DNA of 64,000 nucleotides, taken from Parachlamydiales bacterium (lineage in GTDB: Bacteria; Chlamydiota; Chlamydiia; Chlamydiales; SM23-39). The position numbers and the translations under genes are program-made. A model generated the notes under the pieces. The model did no database searches. It was given only the letters and a program-made list of their open reading frames with translations, and was not told the DNA's origin. This document shows, piece by piece, positions 29,057 through 38,468 of the stretch. The stretch lies in the NCBI GenBank assembly GCA_050302075.1, contig JBNLAH010000006.1, positions 139,589 to 203,588 of the forward strand, in the 5' to 3' direction. Each line of letters opens with the position of its first letter. The first letter of the stretch is position 1.

Positions 29057-30901
29057 ATGCCCAAATTTAATGAAAGCAAACTTACTATCAATTATTTTTA
29101 TTTTATCCTAATAATTATTTATGTATCGCTTTTGAGTTTATCGCATATCTTGGGATTCCAACATGTTACTTCGTACTTAAAAATATTCTTGAGCATATAT
29201 GCAGTGATGCAAGCTCTTTTAGAAGTCTCAATTTTTATTTTAATAGGTTTTGCCTTTAAAAAAATTTCTAAAACAATCTATCGGATATATATTGGATTCT
29301 TATTTTTATTTTTAATTGCCCATTATGTTGATTTCACTGTATTGAGACTAATGGACACCACAATTATTACTACTTTTAAAATCTTATTTGCATCGGGGGT
29401 GTCACATTTTTCCTCAGCTATTAAAGCTCTTAATTTAAACCTTTCAATGACATTAATTATACTAGCTAGCCTTGTGATAGTGCCATTACTAGGTGTCATT
29501 TTTTATCTAGTTATGAATAAGCTATCTTTAAGAAAGCCCCTGTCTGTCAGTTTATTACAAATGAGCTCGACCACAGTTGGCATTATAGCCTCACTACTGG
29601 CCTTTGAGATGATTGCAATGCCTTACTTAACAAAAGATCAATATGTTGAGTGCTCTAAAACACTACCACTGAAAAATACCTTCCTATCTCCTGATTGCAA
29701 AAAATTGTCCCTACCCAATTTAATAACAAAACCATGCAGCAATTACAAAAAGACAAACTTAGAGCTTGCAAGAAAGCCAAATATTTACATTTTCATTATT
29801 GAAACTTTGAGAAAGGACATAATAACGAAAGAAATAACTCCCAATCTCTACAACTTAAAAAAAAAGAACATTGAGATTGAAAATACCTACTCAAATGCTA
29901 ATGCATCTCAATTTTCCTGGTTCTCTATCATTCATTCAAAGCTGCCTTACCATTTCAAAGAAATGAGCAGTGAAAAATACCACGGGGCTGTCCCCTTGAG
30001 GATCTTAAAAGATCTAGACTATAAAATTCATGTTCACAGCTCAGCTGATTTAAAATATTTCAACATGAATGAGAACTTATTTGGGGAAAATTGCTGTTTG
30101 GCTAATAAATTTTATGACTACTCAAACAATCACAAAGATCCCTCATATAGAGACAAAGAGGCAATGCAAGCTCTTTTAAAGGACATGCAAGAAAATACAA
30201 ATGCCACCTGCTTCATTACATTTTTAGATGCCACTCACTCTGAGTACAGCTGGCCAAAGGAATACCCAGCAAAGTTCTTACCAATATCTAAAGAAATCGA
30301 CTACTTGACAATCTCGCATACTAGGAAGGGCCTTGACAAATTAATTAATAGATATAAGAACTCAGTCAACTATGTTGATTTCTTGTTTGATGATTTTTTA
30401 AAGTCTATAGATCAAGACAGCATTTTAGTAATTACAGGTGACCACGGAGAAGAATTCTTTGAAAATGGAGCGTTATTTCACGGGACTCACTTAAATCACT
30501 ACCAAACTGCTGTTCCAATCTTATACAAAATCAACACTAAAAGAGTGCCCCAGGCCAAAATCACATCTCACATTGATATCTTTCCTACAATTTTTGATGT
30601 TATAACAGGCTCTGATCTAGTACAAGAAAACCATTTAGATGGAGAGTCCATTTTTTCAAAAGACCACCCCTCTTTTGTTGTAACAGCCCAGCAAAATGGA
30701 GGAGAAAACCCCGTTGAGTTTTCATTAACAGGCCTAGAGTACAAAGTAATATTACGGTTTGCAACTCCTGAAAGCATCTATAGTTCAGATGAACTGGAAC
30801 TAATCAAACTACAAAAGATCAATGAAGAGCAGCAAATTAATGAAATTAACCTAACCTCTAATATGAGCTTTAAAAAGGCTCTAAAAAAAATATTTAAATA
30901 A
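29057..30901 (+). CDS. Membrane-anchored sulfatase-like hydrolase/transferase (paralogue of 26116-28023)
   Basis: Motifs PNIYIFIIETLR, DATHSEY and TGDHGEEF. Confidence 0.82.
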   Translation: MPKFNESKLTINYFYFILIIIYVSLLSLSHILGFQHVTSYLKIFLSIYAVMQALLEVSIFILIGFAFKKISKTIYRIYIGFLFLFLIAHYVDFTVLRLMDTTIITTFKILFASGVSHFSSAIKALNLNLSMTLIILASLVIVPLLGVIFYLVMNKLSLRKPLSVSLLQMSSTTVGIIASLLAFEMIAMPYLTKDQYVECSKTLPLKNTFLSPDCKKLSLPNLITKPCSNYKKTNLELARKPNIYIFIIETLRKDIITKEITPNLYNLKKKNIEIENTYSNANASQFSWFSIIHSKLPYHFKEMSSEKYHGAVPLRILKDLDYKIHVHSSADLKYFNMNENLFGENCCLANKFYDYSNNHKDPSYRDKEAMQALLKDMQENTNATCFITFLDATHSEYSWPKEYPAKFLPISKEIDYLTISHTRKGLDKLINRYKNSVNYVDFLFDDFLKSIDQDSILVITGDHGEEFFENGALFHGTHLNHYQTAVPILYKINTKRVPQAKITSHIDIFPTIFDVITGSDLVQENHLDGESIFSKDHPSFVVTAQQNGGENPVEFSLTGLEYKVILRFATPESIYSSDELELIKLQKINEEQQINEINLTSNMSFKKALKKIFK

Positions 30902-30903
30902 CT

Positions 30904-31347
30904 TTAGTATTGGCAGTTTTTAAGCTTTGACTTGGCTATGTTTAGCTTGTTCTGGCAAAGCTCCAATTCTTTTTTTGAACATTCTAGGTTTTTTTCTAAG
31001 CATTCAAGTTCTTTCTCGCATTCTTTAGTGGCGGACTGCGCTACACTCTCAACATCATCACCAAATGACTCTGCTTTGTCGATAGCCTCTTGAATTGTAT
31101 ACTGACCTATCGCCTTTTGCTTTTGAATAGAAAGTTCCAAGGATCTAACTTTCCATTTATCTACTTTCAAGTCACACTCAAGTTCCTTGACTTTACTAGT
31201 CCAGAATTTTTCGGGAGAAATCCTTTCTTGAAATTTTTCAGAATAAAAAATGAAATAAGCGCAAAAGATAACTAAAACGCCTTCAATAATAAGTGGATAC
31301 CAATTTTTCAACCATTTTCGGAAGCTTTGCATTATCTTATTTCCCAC
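30904..31347 (-). CDS. Hypothetical single-TM coiled-coil protein
   Basis: One hydrophobic segment followed by heptad-like Glu/Lys/Cys helices. Confidence 0.7.
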   Translation of the reverse strand: MGNKIMQSFRKWLKNWYPLIIEGVLVIFCAYFIFYSEKFQERISPEKFWTSKVKELECDLKVDKWKVRSLELSIQKQKAIGQYTIQEAIDKAESFGDDVESVAQSATKECEKELECLEKNLECSKKELELCQNKLNIAKSKLKNCQY

Positions 31348-31442
31348 TAGAACTACCTCTGTAGGTTATAACCCATTAGGACATTGATTTCAAGTCAATA
31401 TATTCTTTGAATAAGACAGATGGAAAAATTTTTCAATAAAAA

Positions 31443-31474
31443 GGCGCGAGAAAAACTTCTCACGCCCGAGCGAG
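31443..31474. terminator. GC-rich hairpin downstream of 31494-32471
   Basis: GGCGCGAGAA-AAAC-TTCTCACGCC stem, followed by a T-run on the minus strand. Confidence 0.55.
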
Positions 31475-31493
31475 ATGCGAAAGACCCTCACTA

Positions 31494-32471
31494 TTAGCAA
31501 TTTTCCGGCGGTAGCGGAATAGATGCAATTCTTCTGAAGTCTGTGACAACAGACTGCTTAACTTGAGAGTTGTCTTTTAAAAACTCATTCAAGTAAAGCT
31601 CAGCCCACTCTCTCAAGTCTCCAAATGTCGCATTTGAATCTTGAGTAGTAAATGCTTTTAACTTTGTAACAAGTTCTTTCATCAGCATAATTCCAGTTTG
31701 GAGAGGCTCAATATGGTTTTCATATGCAGAGCTTACAAACTTAAGTAGCGTATCATTTGAAGACTTGTATTTAGCGTTATCCCTTGCCAATTGAGTATTT
31801 TCCCTTTCTTTTTCTTTTCTTTTTTCTTCATATCCATTTCCGCTTACTCTATATCTGACAGACAGATTTTTACATCCACCATTACAAAGCTCCTCAACAC
31901 AGGCATTTTTGGCATCAATAGAAGACCCATCAGGATTTTTCAAACCATATTTTCTAATTAACCAAGACCACTCATCTTCTCTAGCTGCTACTTCAGCATT
32001 TTGGTAGTCTAGCTCTACTTGCTCAGCCCTTGTCCACCAATAGTCTCTATTGCGCTTATCGTAAGCGATAGCCTCATTATTCTTTTTTGCAAGCTCATAA
32101 TTATGCTTAATTAAAGCCTTATTTTTTTCGATTCTCTCTTCCCAATAATCTACTGATTTTTGATGCTTTTTAATATCGCCTATTTCCTCTTGTATAAGAT
32201 GGTTGGCTTCTTCTAGCATTAACTGCAAGTTTCCTTCACTTGAGTTCAATGAATCAGAGTTAAGAGGCAAATTAATTTCTGGGTCCAACAAGTATGATTG
32301 TGGGACCTCACCTAATAAATAACTTTGCTCGTCCAAAGTCACCTCTGACGGGCTCTCTTCAGCTACTTTTTTAACTTTGATTTCTTCTTTTTTTTCAACT
32401 GTTGAATTTACAGGTTGTTCCGCAGAAAAGTCTTCGTGCGGAAGATTTGGATGATCAAGATTCTCTGACAT
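31494..32471 (-). CDS. Hypothetical coiled-coil protein
   Basis: 325-aa ORF with strong SD GGAGG; acidic N-terminus. Confidence 0.75.
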   Translation of the reverse strand: MSENLDHPNLPHEDFSAEQPVNSTVEKKEEIKVKKVAEESPSEVTLDEQSYLLGEVPQSYLLDPEINLPLNSDSLNSSEGNLQLMLEEANHLIQEEIGDIKKHQKSVDYWEERIEKNKALIKHNYELAKKNNEAIAYDKRNRDYWWTRAEQVELDYQNAEVAAREDEWSWLIRKYGLKNPDGSSIDAKNACVEELCNGGCKNLSVRYRVSGNGYEEKRKEKERENTQLARDNAKYKSSNDTLLKFVSSAYENHIEPLQTGIMLMKELVTKLKAFTTQDSNATFGDLREWAELYLNEFLKDNSQVKQSVVTDFRRIASIPLPPENC

Positions 32472-32544
32472 GGTTTTCCTCCCCCTTGTAATAATTTACT
32501 TGGCTCGCTCCCGGAGGTGAAAAAGTCTTTCGCCCCCAAGGCTT

Positions 32545-32572
32545 ATTCTAGCAAGAAGGATATTAATTACAA
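32545..32572 (-). promoter_or_regulatory. Putative sigma66/70 promoter with extended -10
   Basis: TTGTAA-N16-TAGAAT with TGn immediately before the -10 element. Confidence 0.5.
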
Positions 32573-32626
32573 ATTAAAAATTTAAATTAATTATAATTAA
32601 TTATAGAAAGTTCCACTTTTATTATT

Positions 32627-32995
32627 TTAATTTGATTCATTGTTTAAAAAGAACAACACTTCTTCTGCCCTTTCAATAGCAATTTCTATCAGATGCTCAG
32701 GAGTATCTTTTGAAAAGGCCGTTAGATATTCATGGGCATACTCTATAGAGTGCTCTAAAGAGTGGGCAAAATCTTCAGTCCCTTGAGGTTTCCAACCATT
32801 TTTTTTGCACTGTGACTCAATATCTAGATAGTGTTTTTTTAGAAACTTGTACAGCTCATCCATTTTATCTTTTACTAGAGGCTTATTTTTGGCCTCAATT
32901 ACATCTTTAATATGGTTTTCTAAATCTCTAGAAAGAGTATCACTTCTTTCTGGATACTCGGTATGGATGGTCTTGTCTTTTGGAGGAATTGTCAT
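32627..32995 (-). CDS. Hypothetical protein
   Basis: 122-aa ORF with protein-like composition. Confidence 0.65.
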   Translation of the reverse strand: MTIPPKDKTIHTEYPERSDTLSRDLENHIKDVIEAKNKPLVKDKMDELYKFLKKHYLDIESQCKKNGWKPQGTEDFAHSLEHSIEYAHEYLTAFSKDTPEHLIEIAIERAEEVLFFLNNESN

Positions 32996-33030
32996 AACTT
33001 ACATACTTTTTTTAATACACAATATGGATT

Positions 33031-33939
33031 CTACAAATTGTTGTAACTAATTTCTACATTTTCTCTTGATATTTCAGACTCTTTTTTTTGTATCACACCT
33101 AACAAAGAGCCCTCTTTTAGTGTTTTTTGTAAATCATCCTCTATTGACTGATTGTAAGCGTCTACACAATAGTTAATTGAGATTCTATAAAGGCAGTAAG
33201 TCACCGCTAAAAATTTAATAACATGAGTTGACTGAGTAAGAGGATCTAAAGTATGTCCTAAGTCAAATTTCTCCAAAATTAAATAAGAGAAGTCATAAAT
33301 TTTGTTTGTTAATTTTTTTGGGAAAAAAACAACCTCTTCAACAACTTTTAATAAACTGTCTACCCCTCCCGCAGTCATTTTAACTCCAAATGATAATACG
33401 TCATAAATTTTATGCCCAAACAAGACAATGTTATCTGGGTTGAACTCTATAAGCTCAGATATACCAAGTGTCTCCCAAATACTTTTAAATGTTTTAGAAA
33501 GGTAGCTTTCAGGCTCTTTTGAAATATTCACTTTCTTCGTAAGCCCTTTAACTGCCTTTATAAGCTGGTTATTGCTGATACCACCTTCAATATTGCTAAA
33601 AAGCTGCTTAGCTGTTTCTGGAAACTTTGCTAAAAAACTAGGAGTAAAAGAGTCCAAGTATTGAAATACTTTGATTTTGACGTGGCGAGTTCCCATATAC
33701 ATTCCAAAAACACTTAATGAAATCAAAGTTATACGAATAGACCATTTATACCTCACATAAAATGGCTCTGGTTCAACGCCTTGAATTAGATACTCTATCC
33801 CTTTTTCAACTAGGTTAAATATGTACTCCAAAATACTGTAAGCTATTTTCGCAACTTTTGTAATAACATCACTTCTAGGACTACTAAAAAAAGGTATATT
33901 GGGTGAAAAGAAAGACTTAACCGGTTGAAATCCAATCAT
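33031..33939 (-). CDS. Hypothetical membrane protein
   Basis: 302-aa ORF with several hydrophobic or amphipathic segments. Confidence 0.7.
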   Translation of the reverse strand: MIGFQPVKSFFSPNIPFFSSPRSDVITKVAKIAYSILEYIFNLVEKGIEYLIQGVEPEPFYVRYKWSIRITLISLSVFGMYMGTRHVKIKVFQYLDSFTPSFLAKFPETAKQLFSNIEGGISNNQLIKAVKGLTKKVNISKEPESYLSKTFKSIWETLGISELIEFNPDNIVLFGHKIYDVLSFGVKMTAGGVDSLLKVVEEVVFFPKKLTNKIYDFSYLILEKFDLGHTLDPLTQSTHVIKFLAVTYCLYRISINYCVDAYNQSIEDDLQKTLKEGSLLGVIQKKESEISRENVEISYNNL

Positions 33940-34108
33940 TTTTAGCTCATATAAAGGGTGAAATTAATGAAACATAGAAAATTAAAAAATTGTTTAAAAG
34001 AATTTTTTGAAAAAATGATCTTTTTTTTAGGGAACTGTCTTTCGATTCATCTCATAAGTTTTTCAAAGCAAAATACTTAGGCAAACCTATTTATTTAAAA
34101 GTTAATTA

Positions 34109-34136
34109 TTGATTTTAATCTAGAAAAGTTTATAGT
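34109..34136 (+). promoter_or_regulatory. Putative promoter, duplicated at 36263-36290
   Basis: TTGATT-ttaatctagaaaagtt-TATAGT. Confidence 0.65.
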
Positions 34137-34214
34137 CTTCCTGTTTTAAAAAATTATAAAATGTTTTTTTAGAAAAACACTTAATAAATATTTAATTTTA
34201 TAACAGGCGTAATT

Positions 34215-36242
34215 ATGACATTCTTAAATAGTTCAGACAGAGTTTCATTACTAACGGATTCTTATGATCAAAATCCATCACCAAAACAGGAACAGCATAA
34301 TCCAAAATTTCTCAGCAACCAGTCATTGGCTAAAATACTTGGTCAAGAACGCGTTAGCCAAAGGCAAGAACTTAATTCTATGAGACCCTCAGAAAGCCAA
34401 TATAATAGGTTTTTTAATATATCTATGTTGGCGGGTGGCATTATAGGTGGTGTTGTCGGCACATTATCTATTGCATATAGCTTTCCAGCTATTACAGCTG
34501 TCGCCTTCTGTAGTGCATTTGGGGTCATTGGACAACTCCCCGAAGGAGAAGCCACGCGCATAACTTGGGTAACTATGGCAATGGCTGGTATTGGAGCTAT
34601 TATAAGAAAATCTGCATCTTCTCAATTTAATCTCATAGCTAGTGCCATTTCCGATTTAAATTGCTCCAGTGAATGTTTTAAAAGTGATTCATGTAAAGAC
34701 TCTGTTAAATCAGAGCGCTGTATAACCTGCGTTAGCGACTGTGAACAACCTATTTATAAATCTCCATTAGTTGCAACTCCTCTTGCTCTTTTGACAGCTG
34801 GCTTTATTGGAAGAAGTATTGTATATATTTCAGGTTCAATAGCTAAATGGAAAAAGCAGAACACTATCAATAAGATTAATAATTTAATTAAAAATCTTCA
34901 AATTTTCAAATTAATGCCAACTCAGGTATCAGATATCGAAAATTTAAAGTTATCACCAAAAACTAGAAAAGAAATACTCTTCGGCATGAACGCTACGCAA
35001 CTTGTAGAACTAAAGGGTAAGCTCTCAGATAAACAATTTAAGTCTTTTTCAGAAAGGATCCTAGATAAGGATACTCAGTCAACAATTTCTGCTCTTTCGA
35101 ATATCAATAATGATGAAAGTACAGCAGCTACCATCATTCAATTAAAATCAGAAATGCAAAGTGATGTTTCTATTTGGGAGGAAATTGTAAAAAGACTTTC
35201 CAATGAAAACTTTAATAAAGTCGGTGATCTATTAAGGAATATTGGAGTAGATTTAAAAATTGAAAATGTGGATTTAGCTATAGTTTGCTTACGGGCAAAA
35301 CATTCAAAAGAAGTTAGCTTTCAAGTTAGAGTTAATGGGGAAAAAAGATCCAAAGTACCTGTGAAAGTAGGGCATATTTTAAAATACGATTCTTTTAGAT
35401 CCCTATCAAATGAACTATTAGTTGAAGATACAGAGCAAATTTTTAACCTTGATCTATCAGATATAGAGTCTTATGGATTTCCGGTTTTAATAAAACTGCT
35501 TGAAACAGGAGAAGTAAATATCGATAAATACCTGGCTAAAGACCCTAAACTAGCGCTGTCTTTATATGCTTTAACTTCAAGATTTGAAATAGAAGATTAC
35601 TCGATAATCTGCCATGAATATTTACTGAGGGAACAAAGTAAACTAAATGAGAATGCACTTATTGATCTTATTGACTATTTACTAACTTTTACAAGTAATG
35701 ATTTTCTTAGCGAAAAAAATGAACAATTCATATCAATAAAGTTTAAGCAGGCATGCCACTTACGCGATTATAAATTGATAAATAGCATATTTAACTCTAT
35801 TTCCAGGAACAATAAAGAGCATATAATCTTTAATATCCCAGAAATCAGAGATTTGTTAACCAATGATCCAAATGCTTTAAGAATATTATTTGAATATGAC
35901 TTTCCCCTAACTCAAGCAATGATGAAAACTTATTTACTAAATCAAATTACACCACTTTACAATATAGATATCTTGACTCGTTATCCAAATATCCGCTCAT
36001 TGTCAACTGAAATAGAGAACACCTATATCAGAGAACTGAATGAGGGCATTTACAAAGAACTTTGGGACTATTCAATAGAAAATAACAGGGAAAATCTTAA
36101 GAGTTCATGCTTAAGGTTCTTCGAGGATCAAAATTCTAATACAGCTAATAGAATTATTAGAAAATGGCCTGCTGGAAAACTTCCAAAAGAAATAGCCAGA
36201 TTATTAATTAATGGTTTAGAAGGCCTTGGTGCAGAGCTTTAA
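34215..36242 (+). CDS. Membrane protein with 6-Cys loop and BTB/POZ- and BACK-like regions
   Basis: Hydrophobic segments; Cx3Cx5Cx8Cx2Cx3C; DIESYGFPVLIKLLETGEVNI...LYALTSRFEIEDYSIICHEYL resembles the BTB core. Confidence 0.6.
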   Translation: MTFLNSSDRVSLLTDSYDQNPSPKQEQHNPKFLSNQSLAKILGQERVSQRQELNSMRPSESQYNRFFNISMLAGGIIGGVVGTLSIAYSFPAITAVAFCSAFGVIGQLPEGEATRITWVTMAMAGIGAIIRKSASSQFNLIASAISDLNCSSECFKSDSCKDSVKSERCITCVSDCEQPIYKSPLVATPLALLTAGFIGRSIVYISGSIAKWKKQNTINKINNLIKNLQIFKLMPTQVSDIENLKLSPKTRKEILFGMNATQLVELKGKLSDKQFKSFSERILDKDTQSTISALSNINNDESTAATIIQLKSEMQSDVSIWEEIVKRLSNENFNKVGDLLRNIGVDLKIENVDLAIVCLRAKHSKEVSFQVRVNGEKRSKVPVKVGHILKYDSFRSLSNELLVEDTEQIFNLDLSDIESYGFPVLIKLLETGEVNIDKYLAKDPKLALSLYALTSRFEIEDYSIICHEYLLREQSKLNENALIDLIDYLLTFTSNDFLSEKNEQFISIKFKQACHLRDYKLINSIFNSISRNNKEHIIFNIPEIRDLLTNDPNALRILFEYDFPLTQAMMKTYLLNQITPLYNIDILTRYPNIRSLSTEIENTYIRELNEGIYKELWDYSIENNRENLKSSCLRFFEDQNSNTANRIIRKWPAGKLPKEIARLLINGLEGLGAEL

Positions 36243-36262
36243 ATATAACAGAGTGCTTCTTA

Positions 36263-36290
36263 TTGATTTTAATCTAAAAAGGACTATAGT
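36263..36290 (+). promoter_or_regulatory. Putative promoter, duplicate of 34109-34136
   Basis: TTGATT-ttaatctaaaaaggac-TATAGT. Confidence 0.65.
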
Positions 36291-36351
36291 TTTTTTCCAT
36301 TTTTAGGGATTTTTAAATAAAAGTAAAAAAATTTTAAAAGGTAATAATAAT

Positions 36352-37176
36352 ATGTCTTTTCCAGTCACGCAAGGTCCAGGTCATAGCTGTAATTCTATAA
36401 TTCATAATATTAGAGAAGAGATGGAATTCAAGGCTCGAGGTGACAGGCTTTTCAATATTATAATGAAAATAGGTGTAGCCGCCATGGTTCCTCTAAGTTT
36501 TATTTGTTTTAAAATACCTGCCAAAATAGCTCGTAATAATGGCGATGAGGAAAAAGAGCGAGAGTATTCTAAACTAACAACAATATCATTTGCTGTTCAG
36601 GCTATAAATATGATCGCTGGTTATTTTATCGCTGGCACAAGCTATTTTGTTCCAGATTGCGTTAAAGAATGTACTGATAGTGGCTCTTGTGGTGGTTATT
36701 TTGATTTTTTTAACAGTTGTGGCAGCTGTGTAAATAAATGCGAAAGCAACTATGACAATAATTCTTTTTTAAAAATAGCACTAATTTATCTTCCTTTATC
36801 AGCTGCAATAACAGGACTAATTGGAAAAATTGCTGAAAATACTTTAGTTAAACTTTTGAATGTCATTAACAGGCCTCAAATTCAAAAAAAGATAAACCGT
36901 GCTTTAGATACAATGGGCCCCGGGATTTCTAGTATAAGTATTTTGAAATCCTGTCAAGACATAGACGGATTGTCACAACCAATAGAAAACTGTTTTTTCA
37001 AGGAAATCAATGAAGATATTTTTGAAGATCTTTGGAAATATTCAGATGAGCATGAACGAGAAGATCTTAAGCAAAAATGCTTGGAGTTTTTGAAAAGTAA
37101 TGGATCTAACACAGTTAGAGCTATTAAAAATGCATGGGAAGGAGAACTCCCAGCGGAAATAGCTCTGCTTCTTTAG
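36352..37176 (+). CDS. Shorter paralogue of 34215-36242 (6-Cys loop and BACK-like tail, no BTB-like core)
   Basis: Cx3Cx5Cx9Cx2Cx3C; C-terminus EINEDIFEDLWKYS..REDLKQKCLEFL..WEGELPAEIA matches ELNEGIYKELWDYS..RENLKSSCLRFF..WPAGKLPKEIA. Confidence 0.75.
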   Translation: MSFPVTQGPGHSCNSIIHNIREEMEFKARGDRLFNIIMKIGVAAMVPLSFICFKIPAKIARNNGDEEKEREYSKLTTISFAVQAINMIAGYFIAGTSYFVPDCVKECTDSGSCGGYFDFFNSCGSCVNKCESNYDNNSFLKIALIYLPLSAAITGLIGKIAENTLVKLLNVINRPQIQKKINRALDTMGPGISSISILKSCQDIDGLSQPIENCFFKEINEDIFEDLWKYSDEHEREDLKQKCLEFLKSNGSNTVRAIKNAWEGELPAEIALLL

Positions 37177-37371
37177 ATAAATGAAAGACTATAAAGAATC
37201 TTAAACTAGATTAAATGCCCTTCACCGATCTAATATTGAACCATTTATAAAAACTTCTTTGAACATGAATAGAGGGCTATCTGAAAAGGGGGTGCATCTT
37301 GCTGTAGGAGTTATGTGAAGAGAATACTCATTTTTACATCCTTCTACGTAGTAGCACCTATAAATATATGA

Positions 37372-37587
37372 GGGAAAAAGTGTGAAGACAAACATCGGAA
37401 AAGAAAAGTTTTTAATTTTAGAGGGACTAATAGAACGATATCAATTAAGGAATTATTAAATCTCATTAGTTATTTAGATAGAAGCCTCTCTAAAGAGGCT
37501 GCAACACTAAGTTATACAATAGATGAAGTAATCTCTACTTGGGGAATGACAGACGGTCAGCCTGTCAAAATTCCATTGTTTGACTAA
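37372..37587 (+). pseudogene. Possible 5'-truncated gene fragment
   Basis: 72-codon stop-to-stop open frame (RKVFNFRGTNRTISIKELL...PVKIPLFD*) with no start codon near its 5' end. Confidence 0.3.
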
Positions 37588-37640
37588 AAATTAACCACTT
37601 AAATGATTTTTTAGACTGGACAATTGCGTTAAGACTTGGA

Positions 37641-38312
37641 TTATAGAACAAATAAACCTGCTCGTGCAGCAATCATAGCGGTCGAAAGGATAATTCCTCC
37701 TATTCCAATTGAAGCATACCCTGTCGTATTACGGGTATTACATGCTTCCCAGCCCGATTGTAGTTCTGTCGGCACACCTGTGTATTTATGCCAGGGTTGA
37801 CCTGCCATTTTTTTTTGGGCCATTCGGCTTCTCACATGCGATACAAGGATTGCCACAGCAGCACCAATTGCTAAATATGGGGATAACTGCACTGCAGTAA
37901 TTTTTAGAGCTAATCCTGGAAAAGGAGTTCTTGCAATAAGAGCAAAGGAAGCCCCTGCTATAGCACATACATGCCAGGTCGCTATAGCTCCCCAAGCAAT
38001 GGCATTCAAGGTAGGATTCAAAGTATTTAGAGGACGATTTCTTAAATTTTGCCCATCATAAAGGTGCCCGACTGTAAAATATTCAATACAATCACGACAG
38101 GCAATCATGTCATTAGCTACCCCATAACTAACTCCAGTAAGTACAGTCATGCCTATGATTTTAATAGCTTCCCATGGAGCTACTATAGACGCAATTGCCA
38201 ATCCAGTAGCTGCTGCAGCTGTATTTACTAAGGGGCGATATCTCTCATTAATCAAAGGAAGAGTTTGTGGGCTGACACCTGTAGCCGAGGGTTTTGTTGC
38301 TTGAGTTGCCAT
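37641..38312 (-). CDS. Hypothetical multi-TM membrane protein, GC-richer than its surroundings
   Basis: Ala/Gly-rich hydrophobic segments; YGVANDMIACRDCIEYFTVGH and WGAIATW motifs. Confidence 0.75.
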   Translation of the reverse strand: MATQATKPSATGVSPQTLPLINERYRPLVNTAAAATGLAIASIVAPWEAIKIIGMTVLTGVSYGVANDMIACRDCIEYFTVGHLYDGQNLRNRPLNTLNPTLNAIAWGAIATWHVCAIAGASFALIARTPFPGLALKITAVQLSPYLAIGAAVAILVSHVRSRMAQKKMAGQPWHKYTGVPTELQSGWEACNTRNTTGYASIGIGGIILSTAMIAARAGLFVL

Positions 38313-38468
38313 CTAAAACTTCCCCATTGGTTAAATTTTTTACTTTACCTTTTGAAGTCAACCGTTCTTTCTTTTGGGCAAATTTTAGTCCAAAATTGTG
38401 TTTAAATTCAAGCTGAATACCCCCCTATATTTAAAGATAAATTTAACCATTTTCGGGTAAACTTGTTT

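Noticed and set aside
38376..38393. Second sigma54 promoter (TTGGACTAAAATTTGCCC, minus strand)
   Set aside because: The GG-N10-GC spacing is right, but the -24 box lacks the conserved CAC/CAT, so it is too weak to call
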